Assembly: GCA_012295275.1 (NCBI GenBank)
Contig: CM022678.1
Coordinates: 1,178,001 to 1,242,000, forward strand
DNA length: 64,000 bases
Direction: 5' to 3'
Origin: Chrysomallon squamiferum
Taxonomy: Eukaryota; Animalia; Mollusca
Both the position numbers and the translations under genes were made by a program. The notes beneath the pieces are model-generated. The model was given only the letters and a program-made list of their open reading frames with translations, searched no databases and was not told the origin of the DNA. The stretch's first letter is position 1. The number at the start of each line of letters is the position of its first letter. Shown here piece after piece: positions 1 through 11,560 of the stretch.

Positions 1-424
1 GGCTCCTGGATCAGCCTATTTTGAACAAAATCAGACTGAAGTTATATCTGCAGCATACAGAAATAAACCATATAAAAGTTATATGTGTATTATATAAGAC
101 AAAACTCTACTAAAGTTATATATGTAAATATACACAACAAAACTATACCAAAGTTATATATGTATTACACAGAACAAAACCATACTAAAGTTGCATGTGT
201 ATTTTATACAACGAAACCACACTAAAGTTATATATGTAAACATTATACACATAGAAGAATATATAACAGTGTTACACCTGTACAAGTATTTGAATTTACC
301 TGTATTATGGTCAGTGCTTGTAGGTAAATCTCTGGCCTGGCCTATGAATTTACCTGTATTATGGTGATGCTTGCAGGTAAATTTGTGATGTTACACCTGT
401 ACAGGTATTGTTTTGTTCACACAG

Positions 425-599
425 GTACGGGCCACGTGAAGTGTTGAGGAAGGAAGACTTCAGCATGAAGGGACAGCTGACCTGCGAGTTCAAGTTTGCA
501 ACGTTTTCCTGCAGACAACGTCGACAACACCAGCAAGACAGCGAGGAGAAAGACTACTCACTTCAAATCCTGGAAGCTCTTGAACCAGCTGTCTGTCTG
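425..599 (+). CDS. EXOSC6: Internal exon of exosome complex component MTR3/EXOSC6 (RNase PH-like); no downstream exons found in the window
   Basis: Acceptor cacag| at 424 and donor |gtgagt at 600. Translation YGPREVLRKEDFSMKGQLTCEFKFATFSCRQRRQHQQDSEEKDYSLQILEALEPAVCL follows the MTR3 pattern GPR...G.L.C.F..A.F...RR.....EE......L.EALEPAV.L (recalled alignment, not searched). Phase 2 to 0. Confidence 0.75.
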
Positions 600-850
600 G
601 TGAGTATGTATGTGTGTCTCTCTGTCTGTCTGGTGAGTTTGTATGTGTGTCTCTCTGTCTGTCTGGTGAGTTTGTATGTGTGTCTGTCTGTCTGGTGAGT
701 TTGTGAGTCTCTGGTGAGTGTGTATGTCTCTGTCTGGTGAGTGTGTGTGTGTGTCTGGTGAGTCTGTATGTCTGTCTGTCTGGTGAGTGTATGTATGTCT
801 GTCTGTCTGGTGAGTTTTTATGTCTCTGTCTAGTGAGTTTGTGAGTGTCT
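590..850 (+). repeat. Minisatellite built from the exon donor site (tgtctgtctg|gtgagt...), about 10 copies
   Basis: Repeated ctggtgagt units separated by gt/ct-rich spacers directly after the exon end. Confidence 0.85.
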
Positions 851-1437
851 ATTTATTATAATTTATAAACCAATATAAAATTTAACCTTAATCATAAAAA
901 CACTAATAGTACAATAATCTAAAAATTAATAATGGCAGAATTTGACAGTAAACAAAATAAATTCACCATTTTGTTGAACACTTTATTAATTTTCTTTTTT
1001 GGCTGAGAAAAACTGGTGCATTTTTCATTATTTTTCTTTAAAAAAAAATAAAAATAAAAAATTAGAAAAAAATAGAGGAAAACCAGCCTAAATGATTTTC
1101 CTATGCTTTAAAGTAGTTGTATTACAGGTTTCTTGTTAAAATATAGGTATGTTAGTATTATAGAAGTATTCAGAATATATTTTCTATAATTTAAGGTTAT
1201 TAGTATATTTTTCCATAAAATGTAGTTACGTTAATACTAACAATACACTGAAACAATAGTGTACATATCTCTCAATCTCTCATTTTATTTATTTAAAAAA
1301 AAAAATTATTTATTTATTTATTTGTTAAATTCATTTCATTCTCTGATATGAAGATTTTAACACCCGTTCTTTTATGTATTAGTTCTAACTAATAAATAAA
1401 TAAATCAATTTTCTAAAAATTGATTCTTTATTTACAG

Positions 1438-2196
1438 ATTGTCCAATGAGATGACTGGTGGGCGTGGTAACAGTAACAAGTAAAACAAAAACCTGTCAAT
1501 CAAAATCTTTGACATGGGAGGTAAAAGGAAAAGCTCTTCTGTTGACCCAGATCAGTCCACTGCAGAGCTTGAAGTAGTGAGTAGTGAAGTAGTGTGTAAT
1601 TAAGCAGCATGAAGGCAGTATTCACTGAAGTAGTATGAAAACAAAATATAGTGAAGCAGTATGAAAGTAGAGTAGTGAAATGGAAGTAGTGTATAGTGAA
1701 GTAGTATGTAGTTGAGATGTATGAAGTTTAAATTGCTGTAGTATGCAAATAGTGCATAGTGAAAGTAGTATGCAAGTAGTGTATAGTGAAGTAGTATGCA
1801 AGTAGTGTATAGTAGTATGAAATTCTCTCTGTATGTCTGTCTCTCATTCATGTCTCCCTTTGTATTATTAAAATAAAATTAATTACTCAGTATTAAACAA
1901 CAAGAATTCACTGTTTCTTAATTAATATACAAGCTGGAATAAATAAATAAATACTATTAATTATTTCAGCAGCTCAACAGCTTCCTATTATCTCAGAAGA
2001 TGTCGGTGATGTCATCCTGGACATTTCCGAAGATCTTTCCGTTACTAAAACTGACACAGCAACAAGGTTAAATCTGAAAACTAGGAGACAAAGCCTAGCT
2101 TTCATATCCATGAATGTAGTGAAAACTAAAAATGATAAATTAAGTCTGGAACACAAAGAACAAATAAACCATGCTTTGGATAGGATAAAAAACTAA
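1438..2196 (+). pseudogene. Two exon-like fragments of an unidentified gene (1438-1576 and 1970-2196)
   Basis: Acceptors tttacag| (1437) and ttatttcag| (1969), donor |gtgagt (1577). The first reads LSNEMTGGRGNSNK*NKNLSIKIFDMGGKRKSSSVDPDQSTAELEV with an internal stop; the second reads AQQLPIISEDVGDVILDISEDL...DRIKN*. The phases do not join cleanly. Confidence 0.3.
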
Positions 2197-2818
2197 CTGA
2201 TATGTGAGACCACTGTTCCACTATTACTACTACTACCATAGTAATATTATTATCAATATGACTTCTATTACTGAGAGTAGTACAATTACTTTTATTACTG
2301 TTATTACTACATTTACTACCACTGTTATACTATAATATCTACTATTATTATTATTGTTACTAGAACATCCATATCTATACTATTACTACTTCTCTTACTA
2401 TAATAGTTCAGCCCTTTCTAATATAAAAAAGGATACAGTTACAAATTTAGTTTTATTACAAATAATTATGGATAAAATGCAATGAATATTACCATTAAAT
2501 TCGAACTTTTCACGACACGTTTAACAATATTCTCGTGTGTATGTATATATAACATGACGTATTTCATTATCATTTAATAAAAACGTTTTATATAACTAAT
2601 GAATCAATAAAGAATTTTTATTTTACTTGCTTAATTAACTGCATCTTTTTTTAAATCAGTTTTTAAATTGATATCATAACAATGTACTCTCAAAAATATA
2701 AAGAACTATTTTAACAAAAAACAGCAAAATCAGTTTATATTGCTGTATTCGTTTTACAACACAGGATAAACATTTGATCAATAATTAAATAATTACATCA
2801 TCATCAAACAACAACAAC

Positions 2819-2819
<1 letters not shown>

Positions 2820-2861
<42 letters not shown>

Positions 2862-4319
2862 TAATTGATAAATTATAACAAATGTTGAAAAAAAGAAGAA
2901 AGAATGCAAAAATAAAAGATAAAAGAACAGAATTAAATAAAGTTTGAATATAAATCTGTAAGTCTGTGAGTGTGTCTGTATGTGACACCACTGTGCTTGG
3001 TTACTGAAGTTTTAGGTTAGAAATTTTGTATAAAAATTACTTACACAAAACTTTATCCAACCTTCCTTGATGTTCAAACATAATATTTCTCCTCTTCTTA
3101 GTGCCTGATACTATAGGGTCATTCTGTGTCAAATCACCCAATGGGTTAAACCCAACCATCCCAGATTTTTATAAAACTTGGTATACTTGTTGACTGGGAC
3201 CCCACAGCACAAAATCTGAAATGTTAGCCCAATCGGACCAGTGGTGTGGGAGATATGGCCCACCGAATATTGAGATTTTTGCCAAAAATGGGTGTGAACC
3301 CTCATATCTCAGGAACTACTGGGCCAATATTCATAAAATGACAAGGATTCCAAATCTGCCATTTTTGTTCAGTTTGGAAAATATTGGGGTACATTTACCT
3401 TTTGACCTTTGCTATGACCTTGAAATTGACCGTGTGGATCACGTGACCTTCAGATGACCTTAATTGAAATTTAATCTCCCACATGTTAACTAAAGCATAT
3501 AAAAGTTTCCTGGGTGTAATATTTTTTGTTTAGCCACAATATAGATTTAAAAAATGCACATACATGAAAATAACACCTTTTCAGCCATTAACATCTGATT
3601 AACTAAAACCTGAATGATCAATTCTAGATGCTAGGAATCACCATCTTTCTTGATCATCAAGTAAGACATTGTAGGCCTACATGTATGCATAAAGTTCACA
3701 TAAATTTGAGAGAACTGGGTGTTTCTGATACTTAACCTTCTCACCATCTGTTTCAAATGCTCACTGTATCCTTCATTCCCAGACATATTCTAGTGTTCTC
3801 GTCACTTTCATAAAATTTGACTATTTCCTCCTTCAATTCATTTGACAGAACTTTCCCTTGTTTCTTATCAATTGCTTATTAATTTTCTTGTTTTTAAATC
3901 CCTGTTAATTATTATTGTCTAAACCAAACTAAGCCATTGCTTAATTAAATGGACCAGAAATATTGAAATCTTTTTTTTTAGATCTTTAAGCTTTAGCAGG
4001 ATTTATTCTTTCATTATATTTCATTTTCTTATTACTGTTTGTTTTTAAGACATATTCAGTTTTTATAAGTGATTTTTTTTTTTCTTCCAGGATTATTCCT
4101 ACTTTTGTTAATGTACAGTATTTTATTATTGTTTGTTATTACTGTTTATTTATTTTTTATTCAAATTGCAACATAATTTTTTAAGGTTTTATAAGAGAAT
4201 TACTCTGTTGATCTTTGTTAATTGATAGATAATTGTTATTTATTGTTAGAAAATTGTAGAAATATCTGAGAGAGGGAAGTTGGAGAGTTAAATCTATAGG
4301 ATAGGTGTATAATTTTAGC

Positions 4320-4376
<57 letters not shown>

Positions 4377-4592
4377 TAATAAAAATAATAATAAATTAAT
4401 TGATAAATAAATTGTAATAAAAATTGACAAAATAAGAAGAAAATAAAGAAATAATGTAAAAAAAAATCTGTATATAAAAGAACACAAATAAAGTGTGAAT
4501 ATAAATCTGTAAATCTGTGAGTGTGTCTGTTTGTGACACCACTGTGCTAGGTTACTGAAGTTTTAGACTAGAAACTTTGTCCAACCATCCTT
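2820..4592 (+). repeat. Two direct repeats of about 270 bp (approx. 2820-3070 and 4321-4592) bracketing the DNA transposon fragment
   Basis: Both have (TAA)n followed by ...tataaatctgtaa.tctgtgagtgtgtctgt.tgtgacaccactgtgct.ggttactgaagttttag... Confidence 0.75.
3116..4279 (-). mobile_element. Truncated non-autonomous Sola2-like DNA transposon, copy 1 (one terminus only)
   Basis: Starts GGGTCATTCTGTGTCAAATCACCC. Its interior is the reverse complement of approx. 24620-25700, including the transposase remnant. Confidence 0.8.
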
Positions 4593-4809
4593 GTTGATTT
4601 CAGTAGGCTAGTTTTGAATTTGAATTTTACTAAATGAGATGAAAATAAAAAGTTAGAAGAAAATACTATCCTCAGAAAATATTAATGAAAATTATTGAAG
4701 TAAAGGTTCATTTTAATTTCGTGTTTCACTGAATATTAATAAAGATTTGGTTGTTAGTTTAAAGAAGTTTTTAAATCTGCTTGTCTCCTGTTCTTATAAA
4801 GTACTGGGC

Positions 4810-5320
4810 TGTAATATGACATTTATGTTATAATTCTGTTGTGATATAATATTTGTTATAATTCAGTTATAATTATGTTGTAATATATATTTATGTTATA
4901 ATTCAGTTATAATATAATATGTTATAATTTAGCTGTAATGTAATATTTATGTTATAATTTAGTTGTAATGTAACATTTATGTTATAACTCAATTGTAATG
5001 TAATATTTATCTTATAATTCAGTTGTAATGTAATATTTATGGTATAATTCAGATGTAATATAAATTTTTTGTCATATTTCAGCTGCAGTGTAATATCTTT
5101 GTCATATTTTGGAATAATGTAATATTTTTGTCATTTCAGCTATAATGTAATATTTTTGCTATAATTCCACTGTAATATAATATGTTTATTATAATTCAGC
5201 TGATATTTATTTAATCTATAGCAGAGTTGTAATATTTTTGCTATAATTCCACTGTAATATAATATGTTTATTATAATTCAGCTGTAATTTATTTAATCTA
5301 TAGCAGAGTTGTGATATTTT
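4810..5320. repeat. Degenerate AT-rich minisatellite of about 30 bp (tgtaatgtaatatttatgttataattcagt) with a terminal duplication of about 79 bp
   Basis: Visible periodicity of ttataattcag and taatatttat units. Confidence 0.75.
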
Positions 5321-5324
5321 TCAG

Positions 5325-5384
5325 TGCGAGACATTGAAGCATATTTAGAAAGAAGAAGAGATAATCCTATACAGGATAGCACTG
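5325..5384 (+). CDS. MYD88: MyD88-like exon: end of death domain and start of intermediate domain
   Basis: ttttcag| ... |gtatgt; 60 bp, phase 1-1; RDIEAYLERRRDNPIQD resembles EDCQKYILKQ...PLQV of vertebrate MyD88. Confidence 0.75.
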
Positions 5385-8300
5385 GTATGTTAATAACTAA
5401 GTAAAAACTTCCTTCTCTCTGTCTCTCTATCTCTTCCTTAATTTAGCTATTTTAAACACTGAATTTAATAATTTGCACATGTTTATGAAATATCCTTGTC
5501 CACAAATTCAAATCACTAATATATGTTAAAAACTAAGTATAATAATAAAATATCAACCTGACTGGAGAATAATTAAAATATGGTGCTTTATAATGGGAAG
5601 CCATTTTATAAATAAATATTAAAAAATATATATAAAAAGATATTCCAAATAGACTGAGGAAATGGCAGCTTTGTGGTGATTCTACTGACCAAGTTTCCAT
5701 AAAGAAAATAAAGTCACAAAAGAAGAAACGATAAACTGTCAGCTTTCACTGATGGAAAGATGGCTTCCAGATAAACTGTGGACAGTTTTAGCAGTTAGTG
5801 TGTTGGTTAGTTTTTAGACAAACAAATATTTGCAAATTCTGAATTCTATTTTTTTTTTTTTTTTATCATTTTTTTTTTGGCAGTAACTGGAAGTAATGAA
5901 TCTGGTTTTGGAACATGTAAGTTCTTTGTTATCTTTTGTTATTCAAGTAACAACAACAGTGATAAAAAAAAGTTAACTTATAGTAATAACAAACTCATCA
6001 AATGGTTGTTTTTAAGGTAACTGTGATTCTAACATTGTTGCAATAGTGGTAATGTTTTCTGTACAACATGTATGTATTTCTGTACAATATGTATGTGTTT
6101 CTGTACAACATGTATGTGTTTCTGTACGACATGTATGTATTTCTGTACTGGTGGTAAAAGATGCTTACTGCTCAGTGTCACTTTCAGAAGTAAACCAGGA
6201 TAACAAACTGTCAGCTGTTCAGTCAATTTGGTGAAGCATTTTTATGAATTATTAATACAAAAAACAACATTAAATGTGTAATTATTTGTATGCACCAGTT
6301 CAGTGTTACATTTCTTACAAAGTACAAAGATATTATAAGAATGTTTCAGATTTTCTGGCAGTCTTGGTCCTGGAACATTTTGCTGAACTGAAAACATACA
6401 ACAATACTAATCGTATAAACCTCAAACTGACTACTTTCACATGTAAAATAACTATACTGCTGAAAGGGTTGTAGATTTTACAGTTTTAAATAGATTCGTG
6501 TTGTTTTTGCAGTTACCAGTGAAGAGGATGTTGATGAGATGCAGGTTATAACTGTTGGAGATGGCAAGTTTTGTTTTTTAATACTTACTGCAATTCTGTA
6601 GCTTAATTAGCTGACCTGCAGAAGAGAAGCAGATATTAAAATGATCTGCCAAAAGTGTTACATAAAGTGAAAAATACTTAACTCTGGCTGGTAAACAATC
6701 TCAGATTTTTAAGTGTGTACAGAGAATGGTATGTGGAATTCTCTAGCTATCAGACTGAAAATATTTTAAAAGCTAATAACAAAGATTTCTTGTTTTAAAT
6801 TACAAACAACATTTAGCAAGTCGCTCCAAGATTGTCAACTAGCAAAAATTATCAAAGTTTTAAATTATTGTGATATTTTTATTCTACAATTACAGTGATC
6901 ACAGGAGAGAAACAGTATTATGTTGCCTTCGTGTCTGTCTGTAGTCCAGATTCGCGAGATTACCAGTTTGTCACAAATGTTCTTATCCCCAAGTTAGAAA
7001 GTGCAGAGGTTGGCTTGAAACTCTGTGTGCCATGGAGGGATGATTTACCAGGAGCCTCCAAATACGCAACCAACGCACATTTAATCAGTGAGAGGTAAAC
7101 AAAAAATCAGACACAGTTGGTCATAATTCCATATTTACCTGTCAATGTAGGTGATATTAGAGGCCATTTTATCACGTCTTGCAATCTTGAGTTGCCATGA
7201 CCACTGTAGATTTCTACTGATTCTTGAATCAAAGAAATCAGCAGTCCATCTAATTTCATAAATTGTTTGATCATCCAGTATTAAAGTGTTTTGCTGGAAT
7301 GTCACATGGAAAGACACCACTGATCAGAATAATCTAGTGAGAACTTTAACACATCAACATTATCCATTCTGCATTATTATCTTCTCATAGTTAAACATGC
7401 TTATTTAGTTGAAATGTGGCGACAAGAAATTCTTTATCTGGTTTTGTTTAGGTGTACCTGCTTTCAGTGAGGACTTTCATCTTACAAATTTTATTTTATA
7501 AAATTTGTTTCAGATGCAGAAGAATTATTCTGATCTTGTCACCAGAATTTCTAAAGAGTCAGATTTGTGAATTTCAGTTGAAATTTTCCCACAGCTTATC
7601 ACCATGTAAGTTAAAATAGGTGAAAAAATAAAAACTTTATTGTTGTTTTAAACAGAAAATAAAACCTGAGCTCATGCTTCAGTATTTTAATGCAGACATA
7701 TTTACAGAAATATATAATAAAAATATTTTGATGCTAGAAACAAATTTGACATTTTTCAAAAATTATTGTTAATATTAAATATCTGTAGTTTTTTCAGATA
7801 CATTTGTAAAAGATGGAAAATAATGTTTACATTCTTACAATTCCTTTGCCCAGTTTGTCATTGTAATGTACAGTGTACACAATATATACACGGTGTATAA
7901 AATTTAAATGATCTGTTAGAATTTTGAGAAACAGAAGTTTATAACAAAATGGAGGACATCAAAATTAGTTTTCTGTTGCACGTTATATGCCACAGACTGT
8001 ATTCTGTATAATTTATTTTCTGTCAAATATACATATAGCAAACATAAACATGTATAAAAATAAATAATATTAATAATAAAAATAAACAAATTCACAAAAA
8101 CTGCTGCCTCATTTTATCCTTAACGTCCGCTAAATTACTTAGACGTATTTAGCATAATTTATTCACGTTTCTAATGGTTAATATCATTCAGATGTTTCGG
8201 CTGTGTATTTTTCTTAGGTTCACGTAAAAAGAAGATTATTCCTTTAATCACTGAGCCTTGTGAAGTGCCTAAACTTCTGTACCAGGTTTCCACATGTGAC

Positions 8301-9409
8301 TACACCAAGGAGAGTACCACACCCTGGTTCTGGCCACGGCTAGAAGCGTCCATCAGAGCTCCTATAAACATCATTCCAGCAACAGACACCAGCCTGCAAA
8401 ACATCACATTAAACATCAGTCCAGTCAGGTAAATAAATAATAAATAACATAAAACTCAATATCAGCTCAAGTATATTAATAATAAATAACATAGAACTCA
8501 ATATCAGCTCAAGCATATTAATAATAAATAACATAGAACTCAATATCAGCTCAAGCATATTAATAATAAATAACATAAAACTCAATATCAGCTCAAGTAT
8601 ATTAATAATAAATAATATAAAACTCAATATCAGCTCAAGCATATTAATAATAAATAACATAAAACTCAATATCAGCTCAAGCATATTAATAATAAATAAC
8701 ATAGAACTCAATATCAGCTCAAGCATATTAATAATAAATAACAGAACTCAATATTAGCTCAAGCATATTAATAATAAATAACATAAGGCATAATAACACC
8801 TTTGTGCCAGGTAAATAAATAATAAGCAGTATAAAACATAGTAACAGCTACATTCCAGATAAATAAATAATAACAAGTATAAAAATCTACATTCTAGGTG
8901 AGAGTTTCTTAAACTGGATTTTTCATGAGCTATTATTTCCAGTTTCAGAGAAATATAAATTCTACTCCAACTGGATTTTATCATTTCTTTCTGAGATATA
9001 TACTGTCCAGTACTATTTTAGTGTTACCTGATTTTATTTGTTTCTGGAATCTTTAAGAACTTTAGGTTTCACGATTTTCCCCAAACATTGTATGACTTGC
9101 ACAATTACACAAAAAGTTTGAGAAATTACATAATTGAAAAAAATTGCACACCGATACCTGGATAGGTAGACATACAATAACACATAAAATGTGTGTATAT
9201 CTATATATATTTCTCTATCTGTCTGTCTATGTAGGGAGATACGGAGAGACACAGAGACAGAGAGAGAGATGTTTAATTTTATATTTGTTTTGTTCTGTTA
9301 CTTCTTGTTTCTTTTTAACAGCTCTAGTTACGTATCTAGGAGTGACTCCACTAAAAGCAGCAATGACAACAGCAGTACAAGTGGTGAAAACGACCAGGAG
9401 TACCAGTGA
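5325..9409 (+). CDS. MYD88: MyD88-like TIR adaptor: exons 5325-5384, 5884-5916, 6513-6563, 6896-7094, 7514-7605, 8218-8428, 9322-9409 (stop); death-domain exon not seen
   Basis: All exons join in frame: xRDIEAYLERRRDNPIQDST-VTGSNESGFGT-FTSEEDVDEMQVITVGD-VITGEKQYYVAFVSVCSPDSRDYQFVTNVLIPKLESAEVGLKLCVPWRDDLPGASKYATNAHLISE-RCRRIILILSPEFLKSQICEFQLKFSHSLSP-CSRKKKIIPLITEPCEVPKLLYQVSTCDYTKESTTPWFWPRLEASI... The BB loop RDDLPG, RCRR, CEFQxKF.HSLSP and WFW.RL are MyD88 TIR hallmarks. Confidence 0.9.
6896..7094 (+). CDS. MYD88: MyD88-like TIR exon (box 1 and BB loop)
   Basis: tacag| ... |gtaaac; YVAFVS...LKLCVPWRDDLPGA. Confidence 0.92.
7514..7605 (+). CDS. MYD88: MyD88-like TIR exon
   Basis: tttcag| ... 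|gtaagt; 92 bp; CRRIILILSPEFLKSQICEFQLKFSHSLSP. Confidence 0.92.
8218..8428 (+). CDS. MYD88: MyD88-like TIR exon (box 3) and start of C-terminal extension
   Basis: cttag| ... |gtaaat; SRKKKIIPL...CDYT...WFWPRL. Confidence 0.9.
8434..8785. repeat. 42-bp tandem minisatellite, about 8 copies, in a MyD88 intron
   Basis: Unit aataataaataacatagaactcaatatcagctcaagcatatt repeated head to tail with no spacers. Confidence 0.92.
9322..9409 (+). CDS. MYD88: MyD88-like terminal coding exon (Ser-rich tail)
   Basis: ttttaacag|, phase 2 matching the upstream donor; SSSYVSRSDSTKSSNDNSSTSGENDQEYQ*. Confidence 0.7.
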
Positions 9410-11560
9410 TAAAAACAACCAGGAGTACCAGTGATAAAAACAACCAGGAGTACCAGTGATAAAAACAACAACAGTGGCAAACTGAAGTAACCCATGAGGC
9501 ATATTTGAAAATAGCCCAGTGATACAGACAACTCTTTTTCTTTTATTTGTAACTAGACGTGCATTTACTTGTTTTAACTCTAACCACTGTGAGTTAACTT
9601 TGTAATAACTGCAGATTTGTAAATCAAATCTAGTTATTTTTTCTTATTTTTTCTTATTTTTCCTTTTCTTTTTCTTTTATTAATTTTTCTATTTTTTTAA
9701 GTTTTTGTTCTTTGTAATCTTTTTCAGCAGAACTTGGTTGTACCAAATTAGCGATCAGTTGTTGAAATCTAATGAAGACACATCATTGTTTGTTTTCTTT
9801 ATTTAAACTCTCCACTCTTATTTAATTTAAATTTTTAAACTTATTTGTGAGTTAACATGCATGAGGCCACATGATTTGTGAGATCAAACCCCCCCCAAAA
9901 AAGATTAATTTTAATAAAAGTCCTTAAATTTATCACTCTTCTGAAAAGCAAAATATTGTGTACACAACCATTTTTGATACTTCATTAAAGAAGGAGACTT
10001 GATTTAAATGATAACAAACTATTCATAATAATAATAATGTTGAGCTGATTATGGATAAATAAAAATTAATAACTTTTATATCCTCTGACTGGCACAGGTA
10101 TACGAAATTATAAACTTTTTTTTATTGCGTTTCAAACGTTTATTATGTGCATTTCTTCATAGTATTTAACTCAGGAAAATACCGTAGAATAAAGAAGAAT
10201 AAAGTTTCGTTACTTATTAATTTTAATTTCTTTATGTGATTATTATAATAAGTTCAATATAAAAATGAATGTATCATTAAAAATATAATTACCTCCCCTT
10301 GATTTCCGAAGTCTTATGTCTGAGTAACTGCAGTTGTTTTCAACAAAACTATTTTGTTACCTGCAGCATTACCTGTATGGTATGTTAAAATACACTTTCT
10401 GTACACAAAACTTTTATACGATTAACATCATTAAAATGAATGTACATCATAATTATGTTTAATAAAATCGGAGATATTTAATTTATCCATCTATTTACGT
10501 TCGATTATGTGTTTATTTATTTATCACTGTCATCATCATCATTATTATTGTAATAATTGCACATATAAAAAATAAAAAAAACGAATTAATTAAAAAATAT
10601 AAGATATTTGCTCATATATATTAAATTTAGTCAATAAAAATTTGTCATCAATGTATTAGTATTTTAGGAGCATGCAGAAATTTAACAAATTAAAAAATTA
10701 CCTATGTAGTGATGATGTTATACATGACAAAAATGAAAGAGTCCTACCTGGACGTTGTTCACGTCTTTCATGTTTACAACGTTGTTAATATTCGTTTACA
10801 GATATAAAATACAAACAGTTTTAATCTATTAAATATTTAATAATTAATTAATGTTGCTGTTTCATTTTTAATATACGTGATATCAATAAAGAAAGAAATA
10901 TCACTTGAATATAGGAATAATTTATTTAATATTAAAAAACTGAAATTACCCATGTTATACAAAATATAAATGGGTAAAAATAAATAATACATGTCAGAAA
11001 ATATAGGTTACAACAAAAGTTACATGTTCACTTATCAATAGGATAAGTATAGTTACAATTAAAAAATCTGTAACTAGACAGAAACGTTTGTTTTTGTCAA
11101 GTAAAGTATTTGCGTACTAAGGGCATGTACATTAAACTGAACAAAACATTATCTTTGTTTTCTGTTAGTAAAGTAAAAAATGTTTAATAAAACATATATT
11201 TAAATTCAATTAATATAATAACAGGAACAAGTAATATTAGAAAATAATGAATCATTATGTTTCACAATTTGCATCAGGAACAATAACTTTGTTTCCAGAT
11301 TTAGATTCTCAAAAGGCAGCTATAGAGGAGTTGACAGAGAAAAACAGATCACTAGAGAGAAAACAGAGTATTTACGTGTGTGCGTGTGCAAGTGAAAAAA
11401 AAAAAAAAAAAAACGAGCTGAGAAAGTGTGCGAGTGTGTTTGTGTGTGTGTGTATGAGTGTCTGTGAGTGTCTGTGTGTGTGTGTGGAACTGAAACAAAA
11501 AACGACCTAAGAAAGTGTGTGTGTACATATAAACATTATTTTCTCTTTGTTTCAACTTAC

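Noticed and set aside
1970-2196. Exon-like ORF as the missing MyD88 death domain (TRLNLKTRRQSLAFISMN loosely resembles LNMRVRRRLSLFLN)
   Set aside because: It lacks the DW..LA and LL..W motifs and ends in a stop, so it cannot continue into exon 5325 in that frame.
8409-8785. 42-bp repeats as a CRISPR array or a repetitive protein
   Set aside because: Head-to-tail units with no unique spacers, inside a eukaryotic intron, with no cas genes.
8360-9409. MyD88 C-terminal tail as a TRIF-like RHIM partner
   Set aside because: No (I/V)Q(I/V)G core; only a weakly beta-prone stretch LQNITLNISPV.
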